Positions 22,171-32,500 of a stretch of 64,000 bases of DNA are shown here, piece by piece. Origin of the DNA: an uncultured Planctomycetota bacterium. Lineage in GTDB: Bacteria; Planctomycetota; Planctomycetia; Gemmatales; Gemmataceae. The notes beneath the pieces were generated by a model. It did not search any database. It worked only from the letters and a program-made list of their open reading frames with translations, and was not told the origin of the DNA. Each line of letters begins with the position of its first letter. The stretch's first letter is position 1. A program made the position numbers and the translations under genes. Where the stretch lies: positions 416,001 through 480,000 of the forward strand of contig CAWKHF010000004.1 of the NCBI GenBank assembly GCA_963849325.1, written 5' to 3'.

Positions 22171-23885
22171 TTATTTGTTGATCTGCACAGTCTGAGCAAT
22201 TACATAATACTCTAGCTCGGAAGGCATTGATCGGTTCTCAGGGCGTAGGTGTTCAGGCAAGGAATCAGATGACGGTCCAATAGCTTTCCACTGACGTGTC
22301 ACCCTCGGCAGTGATTTCCAATTTAACGGTTTCAATCCAACGTAATCACTATATTCGTAATGTGCAATTTCTATATTTGATAAAAAAAAGTGCAAAGTAT
22401 AGCTTGGAGCCTCGCTTTTTCCGATAGGAAACACAAAGAAGAGTTTTCGGTATTTACCACCATATTCTGGTGATAAGTTCACATGATGGAATACCATCAG
22501 CCCCTTTTCATTAGAAATTGGGACAGCATCTTCTCGATAATCAGTTATTGGGTAGCCGAATGCAGTTCCTCCCTCATCATTACTCACCGAGAGCGTGACA
22601 CCACTAATAGGTTGTCCATGTTGGTCCAGAAATGTAACCTGAAACTCAGCTTGGGCAAATCCCCCCTCCCATACTTCTACAATACCGCAACAACACAAGA
22701 ACACCAAACCAATAAAAGCGGCGACGATACCCATTACTGAGTCCAGCACGAGGAAAGATTCCCCTTGTTACTGAACTTGTGTATAATACAGCATGAGACC
22801 TAAAGGAACATCTGCTGAACTCGAACGCCGCCGTCGCCGCGCCGTCGAACTCGTCGAACAGGGCGAATCCCCTACCGTGGTCGCCCGCATCCTCGGCGTC
22901 CGCACCGCCTCCGTCCACCGCTGGCGACGCATGGCCCAACAACCCCACGGCCTGGACGCCACGGCCCATCCCCGGCCCGACGCCCCGCCTCTCCGACTAC
23001 CAACTCCGCAAACTCGAACGACTCCTCCGTCAAGGCGCCAAGAACCACGGCTGGCCCAACCAACTGTGGACCGCCGACCGCGTCGCCCGCCTCATCCGCC
23101 AACGCTTCGGCGTCTCCTTCCACCCCGAACACGTCCGCAAGATCCTCAAGCAGCGCCTGGGCTGGACCAGCCAGAAACCCAAACGCAAGGCCCGCGAACG
23201 CAACGACAAGGAGGTGGAGCGCTGGAAGGGCGATGAACTGCCCCGCATCCTCCGCGAGGCCTGGAAGCGGCAGGCCCACGTCGTCTTCCTCGACGAATCG
23301 GGCTTCCAACTGACGCCCTCGGTGCGTCGGACCTTGGCCCCGCGGGGCCAGACGCCGGTGCTGGACGTGCTGGGACCGGCGCGACCGCATCTCGGCCATT
23401 AGTTGCATCACGCTCAGTCCACTGGCAGGGCCGGCCGGGGCTGTACTTCGAGTTGCTGCCGCTCAACACGACGGTCCATGCGGAGGAGGTGGTGGCCTTT
23501 TTGAAGGACGTTGCGGCGGCAGTTGCGTGGGCCGTTCACGGTGGTGTGGGACCGGCACAACATCCACAGCAAGTCGCGGGTGGTGAAGGCGTTCTTGGCC
23601 GAACATCCGGAGATCGTGGCGGAGGACTTCCCTGGGTACGTGCCGGACTTGAACCCCGACGAGTGGGTGTGGGGTTGGACGAAGTACGGCCGCTTGAGCA
23701 ACCTGGCGGCATGGAACGCCGAGGAGTTATGGGACCACATCGTCATGGCTCTGATCGATCTCAAGTTCCAACCGCGAATGCTGAATGCTTTCATCCAGGA
23801 GGCTGGGATACCTGTGGCGGCATGATAGTATCTTTACCAATGCTGGACTCAGTAGGACAACCCTATGAGTTATTATCCTCGTCAT
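22171..23885 (-). CDS. Putative immunity protein 2 (membrane-anchored/periplasmic), interrupted by IS630 in codon 11
   Basis: Low GC; removing the IS and one TA restores MTRIITHRVVLMGIVAAFIGLVFLCCCG... in frame from ATG 23885 with a GGAG RBS; lies directly after toxin CT2. Confidence 0.75.
22737..23852 (+). mobile_element. IS630-family insertion sequence (HTH plus DDE transposase, frameshifted)
   Basis: Terminal inverted repeats CTGAGTCCAGCA / TGCTGGACTCAG flanked by a duplicated TA; VVFLDESGF, VVWDRHNIH and YVPDLNPDEWVW motifs. Confidence 0.93.
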
Positions 23886-23902
23886 AATATTAACTCCGCA
23901 GC

Positions 23903-25945
23903 CTATTTTCCTCGTTTCTTAGCCATAAGTTCATCATACTTTCGAGCAAGGTAGTCTATGGTGCTCTGCCATTGCTGTGCATCCTTCAAGAAATTATCGG
24001 TGTTGGTTTCGTCGAACCCTTCTCTTCTACCAAGTTCACGAACTATAACATCAACTTGGCGATACAGGAGACGATCCCAATACAATGTCGTAATATGTAT
24101 CGTTTCTCCGGTTGGACTGAACAAATACCGTATATATGCGTCCGTCTCATTTTCTGTCGGTGGCGAGGTATCTTCTTTGAAGGCAATGTGTTCGCCTTTA
24201 TTTATCTGTCGGAAAATTGACTGTATCTTTCCGATATAAAATGATCTCCCAGTATAGTGGAAGAATGTGGGCCATCCACCTTCCGCGACAGGTGGAAGAA
24301 AATCGTGGAACGTCTTGCTGAGGTTTCTATACGTTTTGTCTATACCCGGTTCAGTTGCCATCGGTTGTTTGAAAGTTGCCATACTCTTCAGTTCATCCCA
24401 GTGATCCGTTAACATTGACAGAGCTTTTTCTAGTTTCGTTGACGCTTCCCAAGTATTGTTTATGAGTTGTTTTCTTTGTGCCTCGGTAAAACCGTACCAA
24501 GTTAAGTTAATTGATGTCGGTGGGGCATCGCTGGTCGGGGGGGCATCGCTGAAAGGCTGTCCGAACGGCGAATAATCGAGATTGCCCGGACCTGAGCCCG
24601 ATACCGCGTTGGAGACATTGGCAAAACCCTGCAGCACGCAGTAACGATCCTGTCCGGTCTCGCTCTGGCGAAGGCTGCCGCTCTTCCAATCGCCACTCTC
24701 TTGCAAGCTGTAGTTGTAACTGCCGGGACCATTGGACATGGTAGCGCCGGGGCCGCTGTCGGTCAAGGTGTAACTGCCGCTGCCCGACGCCGTACGCGAG
24801 AAGGTCTGGTCGAACGAGTTGCCTGTCTCGGTCACAATGTTTGTTTCGTTGCCCTGCACCGCCTCCTCGTAGCTGCCGCCGCTGGCCTGGCCGCTCTCCG
24901 TCAGCGTGTAAATGTCGCTGCCCGACTGGCTCATGCTATAGGCGCCCGTGATCGTGTTGGCGTTCACCCAGCCGCTGCTAGTCTGACTGCCCGAGGCCGT
25001 CAACGTGTAATTGCTGCTGCCGCTGGCCGTCTGCGTCATGCTGTAGTTGTCCGTGCTGGACAGCGTGGCGGAGTCACTGCCGCTCTGGATGTTGCCCGTG
25101 TCTTGACGGCTGCTGCTTTGGCTGTCGCTCTCGCTGGTCGTCACCGTGCCGCTGCTGTCCGAATAGCTGTCTTGCAGCGTCGTCGTGCCGCTGCTGCTGG
25201 TCGTGCGGTCGTAGGCGCCGGTGGAACTGTTGCCCGATTCGGTGATGGTGCTGCTGGTGTTGCTGATCTCCGTGTAGGACGCACTGCCGCTGGACGTAAT
25301 GGTCGTGTCCTGGATGGTGATGCTACTGCTGCTGCTGCCGCTGCCGGAATACTCGCCCGTCGTGTCGTTGCCCGATTGCTGCCACGACTGCGTCGCGCTG
25401 CTGCTGGTGCTCAGGGTCGAGGTGCCGGCACTGTTGCTCGCCGTCTGCTGCACGCTGGTCTGGGTCGTGGTCGTGTTCGTCTGGCTGTTGTCGCCGGTGG
25501 ACTCGTCGTCGCTGTTGCTGTTGCTGCCGCTGGTAGTGCTGGTCTGCGTCAGGGTGAAGTTGGTGTTCGTGGCCAGGTCTTCGCCGCTCTCCGTGATCGT
25601 CGTGCCGCCACCGCTGGTGGTGGTGAGCGCGTCGCTGCCGGCGTCGTCGTCCTCAACCCAATTGTCCGAGTTGTCGATGGTTTCGACGCTGACGGGGTTA
25701 CCCTGCGTGTCCATCCAGCCGTTCTCGGTGATGGTGCCGCTGCCGGATACCGCTCCCGAGACCGTGAACGAACCGGAGCCGGCGTAGGAGGCATCGTAGC
25801 TGACGCTGAAGCTGATGGAGGCACTGCCCGAGACGCTGCCGCCGTCGCTCCAATTGCCGCCGATAATGCCGGTGATGCTGCCGGAGGCATCGGCTGTTCC
25901 CGTGACGCTGGCGCTGTCCAGAGAAGCAATGCCGCTGCCGGCGAT
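23903..25945 (-). CDS. Orphan toxin cassette: ~480-aa stalk remnant, junction motif and low-GC C-terminal toxin CT2 (degenerate zincin-like)
   Basis: Homologous to the giant protein up to GNLDYSPFGQPFSDAPP, then an unrelated AT-rich domain; no signal peptide. Confidence 0.85.
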   Translation of the reverse strand: MAGSGIASLDSASVTGTADASGSITGIIGGNWSDGGSVSGSASISFSVSYDASYAGSGSFTVSGAVSGSGTITENGWMDTQGNPVSVETIDNSDNWVEDDDAGSDALTTTSGGGTTITESGEDLATNTNFTLTQTSTTSGSNSNSDDESTGDNSQTNTTTTQTSVQQTASNSAGTSTLSTSSSATQSWQQSGNDTTGEYSGSGSSSSSITIQDTTITSSGSASYTEISNTSSTITESGNSSTGAYDRTTSSSGTTTLQDSYSDSSGTVTTSESDSQSSSRQDTGNIQSGSDSATLSSTDNYSMTQTASGSSNYTLTASGSQTSSGWVNANTITGAYSMSQSGSDIYTLTESGQASGGSYEEAVQGNETNIVTETGNSFDQTFSRTASGSGSYTLTDSGPGATMSNGPGSYNYSLQESGDWKSGSLRQSETGQDRYCVLQGFANVSNAVSGSGPGNLDYSPFGQPFSDAPPTSDAPPTSINLTWYGFTEAQRKQLINNTWEASTKLEKALSMLTDHWDELKSMATFKQPMATEPGIDKTYRNLSKTFHDFLPPVAEGGWPTFFHYTGRSFYIGKIQSIFRQINKGEHIAFKEDTSPPTENETDAYIRYLFSPTGETIHITTLYWDRLLYRQVDVIVRELGRREGFDETNTDNFLKDAQQWQSTIDYLARKYDELMAKKRGK

Positions 25946-26053
25946 GTTTCCGGTGCGATGATCCCTGAATCGCGCTCCTCCATCCGCCACATGACTGCCC
26001 GGATGGCATTTTCGGGAAGGACACGCTCGCGATTACCGGATTCAGGGTTGATT

Positions 26054-26533
26054 TTAATATATAATGAGCTTACCCTCAGGAAAATCTCCTTTCCAACCAC
26101 ATGGGAAATGTCCTTTGACATACCAGTAAGCCTGGCTGGCATAAAATCCAGGTGGATAAACATCTGCGTACTCTGCTTCCATGCACACGCCAACAATATC
26201 CCACTGCACCGTATCTTCAAATACTTTCGGCAGTTTATTTTTGCGAACCACGTCCTCGATCATTTTAAGGACAAGTGGCATGGAATAATGTTTTACTTCC
26301 GTGACAATGTCATTCCATTTCCTAAAACGTTCCATCGATCTTTCGCATAATCGTTCACGGTACTGGTTAGAGGCTTCCAGACAAAGCTCCTCCCATTCAG
26401 AAGATTTGCACGATTCAATCGCCTCCTGCCAAGACGATAATACGATGGCCGCATCCGTATCCTTCACGCCAACGCGTGAAAACCAACGAGCTTCTTCAAG
26501 CTCTCTTAAAGTGGCGATTGTCCTGGGATGCAT
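26054..26533 (-). CDS. Putative cytoplasmic immunity protein 1
   Basis: Low GC; directly downstream of the toxin C-terminus with an AGGAG RBS; C-terminal WYVKGHFPCGWKGDFPEGKLIIY motif of a type seen next to polymorphic toxins. Confidence 0.75.
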   Translation of the reverse strand: MHPRTIATLRELEEARWFSRVGVKDTDAAIVLSSWQEAIESCKSSEWEELCLEASNQYRERLCERSMERFRKWNDIVTEVKHYSMPLVLKMIEDVVRKNKLPKVFEDTVQWDIVGVCMEAEYADVYPPGFYASQAYWYVKGHFPCGWKGDFPEGKLIIY

Positions 26534-26546
26534 AAAGAATATCTCC

Positions 26547-29500
26547 TTATTTTTTTTGCCCCAAGGGGTTCGGTATCCGTGGCACCGGGCCTGTGGGTTT
26601 CAATCCATACAGTCGTTGTTGAGCAGCAGCACGATCCACGAGAATTGATGCCTCCTCAGGAGAATAACCACTATCCTCCAAGGCACGCCGTAAGGCCGCC
26701 AGGTATTCAGAATTCGTCGGTGTTTTCTGGAAACGAGAGCCGCCTTTCCGATATTGCGCCCAGAACTTCTCCATAGACTCATGGAATTTATAATGGGGGG
26801 TTCCAACATCCTTAAAAGCATTACCTCGCATACCGTTGGCCAAACCTTCTTCCTCTGGGATTACACTTTTATATGCTGCGTTTTGGTTAAGATGGTTCGC
26901 CTGCTGATTAGTATCTTTGAGTTTAGTGGTCATATTCTTATAGGAACCGGTCACCAGACCATTTATTATACGTACCGTAATAACCTTTTCTCCTGGTCGT
27001 TTAACTTCAATTAGGGCATCCTTTCCAGCCCGTTTCGCCGTAAGAACTGTGCCGTCTTGGAGCGTTACTCGCCACGTATCACGATCCACACGATCAAGAG
27101 TGGATAGAGTTCTATGCGAACGCCCAAATGACTCAATAGTGCTGACCGCATCCTCAAAACTGTCCTTGGTCCGAGCCGGCGTTGCATAATAGTTGTCCTT
27201 CACCTTTGACACGTTATTAAGAGAGTCACAGCAACATTCAGAACTTTTACTTTATGTTTTAATTTTTTCCCTTCGATGGTATCTTTCGCGGTAACTACCA
27301 GGTCGTGTATAGCAATAAAAAGCTGACCTGGTATCTTTGCTGAGTCAGCTTTGGCGTCGGCCGTTTCAGCTTTAATGGCGGCTGCAGCGTCTAACTGTGT
27401 GGCAGTTCCCAAGCGAGTAACCAACGGCGGTACACTCGGAGGTGCGTCGCTGAAAGGGGTTCCGAACGGCGCGTAGTCGAGGTTGCCCGGTCCCGCGACA
27501 GAGGCGGCGTTGGAGACATTGGCGAAGCCTTGCAGAAGGGCGTAGCGATCGTGTCCGGTCTCGCTCTGGCTCAGGCTGCCGCTCTTCCAGTCGCCACTCT
27601 CTTGCAAGCTGTAGTTGTAACTGCCCGGACCATTGGGCATGGTAGCGCCGGGACCGCTGTCCGTCAAGGTATAACTGCCGCTGCCCGAGTTGCTGCGTTG
27701 GAAGGTCTGATCGAACGAGTTGCCCGTCTCGGTCACGCTATTGGTCTCGCTGCCCTGCACCGTCTCCTCGTAGCTGCCGCCGCTGGCCTGGCCGCTCTCC
27801 GTCAGCGTGTAAATGTCGCTGCCGGTCTGGCTCATGCTGTAGGCGCCCGTGATCGTGTTGGCATTCTCCCAGCTGTTGCTGGTCTGACTGCCCGAGGCCG
27901 TCAACGTGTAATTGCTGCTGCCGCTGGCCGTCTGCGTCATGCTGTAGTTGTCCGTGCTGGACAGCGTGGCCGAGTCGCTGCCGCTCTGGGTATTACCCAC
28001 GTCCTGACGGCTGCTGCTTTGACTGTCGCTCTCGCTGGTCGTCACCGTGCCGTTACTGTCCGAGTCGGTGTCTTGCAGCGTCGTCGTGCCGCTGCTGATG
28101 GTCGTGCGGTCGTAGGCGCCGGTGATGGTGTCGCCCGATTCGGTGATGGTGCTGCTGGTGTTGCTGATCTCCGTGTAGGACGCGCTACCGCTTGCCGTGA
28201 CGGTCGTGTCCTGGATGGTGATGCTACTGCTACTGCTGCCGCTGCCGGAATACGCACCCGTGGTGTCGTTGCCCGATTGCTGCCAGGATTGCGTCGCGCT
28301 GCTGCTGGTGCTCAGAGTCGAGGTGCCGGCACTGTTGGTCGCCGTCTGCTGCACGCTGGTATGAGTCGTGGTCGTGCTCGATTGGCTATTGTCGCCGCTG
28401 GTCTTGTCGTCGCTGTTGCTGCTGCTGCCGCTGGTCGTGCTGGTCTGCGTCAGGGTGAAGCTGGTGTTCGTGGCTAGGTCTTCGCCGGTCTCGGTGATTG
28501 TCGTGCTGCCGCCGCTGGTCGTGGTCAGGGCATCACTGCCGGCGTCGTCGTCCTCAACCCAGTTGCCTGCGCTGTTGATGGTTTCGACGCTGACGGGGTT
28601 GCCGGACGTGTCCATCCAGCCGCTCTCGGTGATGGTGCCGCTGCCTGACACCGCTCCCGAGACCGCGAAGCTTCCCGAACCGGCGTAGGAGGCATCGTAG
28701 CTGACACTGTAATTGATGGAGGCGCTGCCCGAGGCGCTGACGCCATCGCTCCAGTTGCCGCCAATGACGCCGGTGATGTTGCCGGAGGCTTGGGCCGTGC
28801 CCGTGACGCTGGCGCTGTCCAGGGAGGCGATGCCGCTGCCGGCGTTGGCATCGGTATACGTCCCGGAGCCGCTGTACGACCACGAGATCGAACCGCTCTC
28901 CGAGCCGCTGCCGGAGTCGCTTTCCGAACCCGTGGCCAGGTTGTTGTCATCGTCCTCGCTGCCGCCGGCGTGCAGATGACCGCTCTCGGTGATGGTGCCG
29001 CCGCCATTCACAGCCCCTGTCGCCGTGAAGGTGCCGGAGCCGGAATAGGAGGCGTCGTTGGTGGCGGTGTTGGTGACGGAGACGCTGCCCGACATGCTGG
29101 CGGTGCCGCTGTTGCTTTCGCTGCCGCCGATGACACCCGTGATGCTGCCCGAAGCCCAGGCAGTGCCCGTCACCGTACCCGAGATGATCGCCGAGACCGA
29201 GCCGGGTACGAAGAAAAAGACGCCATTGGTGCCATTGCTGTCCGTATAGATGCCACTACCCGAGTACGACCACGAGGTGGCGCCGCTTTCGGAGCCGCTA
29301 CCGGAGTCGCTCTCCGCACCTGTGGCCAGGTTGTCGTCATCGTCCTCATTGTCGCCACTGTTCAGGAAGCCGCTCTCGGTGATCGTGCCGCCACCATTGA
29401 CGGCGCCGGTCGCCGTGAAGGTTCCGGAGCCGGAATACGAGGCGTCATTGGTGGCCGTGGTGGTGACGGAGACACTGCCCGACATGCTGGCGGTGCCGCT

Positions 29501-32500
29501 GTTGCTCTCGCTACCGCCGATGACACCATTGATACTGCCCGAGGCCCAGGCCGTTCCTCCCACGGTTCCCGTGATGATGGCCGAGGCGGAGCCAGGAACA
29601 AAAAACGAGACGCCACTGGTGCCGTTGGCGTCCGTATACGATCCTGAACCCGAGTACGACCAGAACGTCGAGCCGCTCTCGGAGCCGCTGCCGGAATCGG
29701 TCTCCGAGCCGGTGGCCAGGTTATCGTCATCGTCCTCGCTGCCGCCGGCGTGCAGATGACCGCTCTCGGTGATGGTGCCGCCGCCATTCACAGCCCCTGT
29801 CGCCGTGAAGGTGCCGGAGCCGGAATAGGAGGCGTCGTTGGTGGCGGTGTTGGTGACGGAGACGCTGCCCGACATGCTGGCGGTGCCGCTGTTGCTTTCG
29901 CTGCCGCCGATGACACCCGTGATGCTGCCCGAAGCCCAGGCAGTGCCCGTCACCGTACCCGAGATGATCGCCGAAGCAGAACCCGGCACGAAGAACGAGA
30001 CGCCGCTGGTCCCGTTGGCATCGGTGTACGTCCCCGAACCCGAATACGACCATGAGGTGGCGCCGCTCTGGGAGCCGCTGCCAGAGTCGCTCTCCGAACC
30101 CGTGGCCAGGTCGTCGTCATCGTCCTCGCTATCGCCTGTGTGTAGATGACCACTCTCCGTGATCGTGCCGCCGCCAATGACGGCGCCGCTAGCGACAAAC
30201 GTACCGGAGCCGGAGTACGAGGCATCGTTGGTGGCGGTGTTGGTGACGGAGACGCTGCCCGACATGCTGGCGGTGCCGCTGTTGCTCTCGCTGCCGCCGA
30301 TGACACCATTGATACTGCCCGAGGCCCAGGCCGTTCCTCCCACGCTCCCCATTATGACGGCCGAGGCGGAGCCAGGAACAAAAAACGAGACGCCGCTAGT
30401 CCCGTTACTGTCTGTGTACGTCCCCGAACCCGAATACGACCATGAGGTGGCGCCGCTCTGGGAGCCGCTGCCAGAGTCGCTCTCCGAACCCGTGGCCAGG
30501 TCGTCGTCATCGTCCTCGCTATCGCCTGTGTGTAGATGACCACTCTCCGTGATCGTGCCGCCGCCAATGACGGCGCCGCTAGCGACAAACGTACCGGAGC
30601 CGGAGTACGAGGCATCGTTGGTGGCGGTGTTGGTGACGGAGACGCTGCCCGACATGCTGGCGGTGCCGCTGTTGCTCTCGCTACCGCCGATGACACCATT
30701 GATACTGCCCGAGGCCCAGGCCGTTCCTCCCACGCTCCCCGTTATGACGGCCGAGGCGCTGCCAGGCACGAAGAAAGAAACGCCGCTGGTGCCGTTAGCA
30801 TCCGTGTACGTTCCCGAACCGCTGTACGACCAGGACGTGCCGCCGCTTTCGGAGCCGCTGCCGGAGTCGCTCTCCGAACCAGTGGCCAGGTCGTCGTCTT
30901 CGTCCTCGCCGCCGCCGCTGTCCAGGTGGCCGCTCTCGGTGATCGTACCGCCGCCATTGACCGCGCCCGAAGCCGTGAAGGTGCCCGAGCCGCTGTAGGA
31001 GGCGTCGTTGGTGGCGGTGTTGGTGACGGAGACGCTGCCCGACGTGCTGGCGCCGCCGCTGTCGCTCTCGTTGCCACCGATGACGCCGGTGATGCTGCCC
31101 GAAGCCCAGGCCGTCCCTCCCACCGTCCCCGAGATGATTGCCGAGGCGGAGCCAGGAACGAAGAAGGAGACGCCGCTGGTGCCGTTGCTGTCCGTATAGC
31201 TGCCACTGCCCGAGTACGACCATGACGTGCCGCCGCTCTCCGAACCGCTGCCCGAGTCGCTCTCCACACTGCTGCCCGAAGAACCTCCCAAGTCGTCGCT
31301 GCCCGACTCTCCATCGCCGGTGTGCAGGTGACCGCTCTCAGTGATCGTACCGCCGCCATTGACGGCGCCCGACGCCGTGAACGTACCCGAGCCGGAATAC
31401 GAGGCGTCATTGGTCGCCGTGGTGGTGGTGGCGACGCTACCCGACGTGCTGGGGCTGGCGCTGCCGCTGCTGCTGTCCGTATAGCTGCCGCCGATGACAC
31501 CCGTGATGCTGCCCGAAGCCCAAGCCGTCCCTCCCACCGTCCCCGTGATGATCGCCGAGGCGGAGCCAGGAACGAAGAAGGAAACGCCGCTGGTGCCGTT
31601 GGCATCCGTGTACGTCCCCGAACCGCTGTACGACCATGACGTGCCGCCGCTCTCGGAGCCGCTGCCGGAGCCGCTCTCCGCCGTCACACTGCCCGAAGAA
31701 CCCCCGATAGCACCATCGTCAACCTCGCCGCCGCCGGTGTGCAGATGACCGCTCTCGGTGATCGTACCGCCGCCATTGACGGCGCCGGTGGCCGTGAACG
31801 TACCGGAGCCGGAATACGAGGCGTCGTTGGTCGCCGTGGTGGTAGCGGACACGCTGCCCGAGGTGCTGGGGCTGGCGCTGCCGCTGCTGCTGTCCGTATA
31901 GCTACCGCCGATGACGCCCGTGATGCTGCCCGAAGCCCAGGCGCTGCCCGTCACCGTCCCCGAGATGATCGCCGAGGCGGAGCCAGGAACAAAGAAGGAG
32001 ACACCGCTGGTCCCGTTGGCATCCGTGTACGTCCCCGAGCCGCTGTACGACCATGACGTACCGCCACTCTCAGAGCCGCTGCCGGAGCCACTTTCCGCGT
32101 CGCTGCCCGAAGAACCTCCCAGGGTGTCGGTGCCGACTCCACCGCCGCCGCTGTGCAGGTGGCCGCTCTCGGTGATCGTGCCGCCACCAGTGACGGCGCC
32201 GGTGGCCGTGAACGTACCCGAACCACTGTAGGAGGCATCGTTGGTGGCCGTGGTGGTGATAGAGGCGCTGCCCGAGGTGCTGGGGCTGGCGCTGCCGCTG
32301 CTGCTGTCCGTATAGCTGCCGCCGATGACGCCGCTGATGCTGCCCGAGGCCCAGGCCGTCCCTCCCACGGTCCCCGTGATGACGGCCGAGGCCGAGCCAG
32401 GAACGAAGAAGGAAATGCCGCTGGTCCCATTGGCATCCGTGTACGTCCCTGAGCCGCTGTAGGACCATGAGGTGGCGCCGCTCTCCGAACCGCTGCCGGA

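Noticed and set aside
27200-27260. Programmed frameshift or true stop separating the stalk from toxin CT1
   Set aside because: Similar single-base shifts break tig, the kinase, the MFS gene, the helicase and the IS, so sequencing indels are the simpler explanation. The orphan cassette is in frame through its CT. Read polishing would decide.
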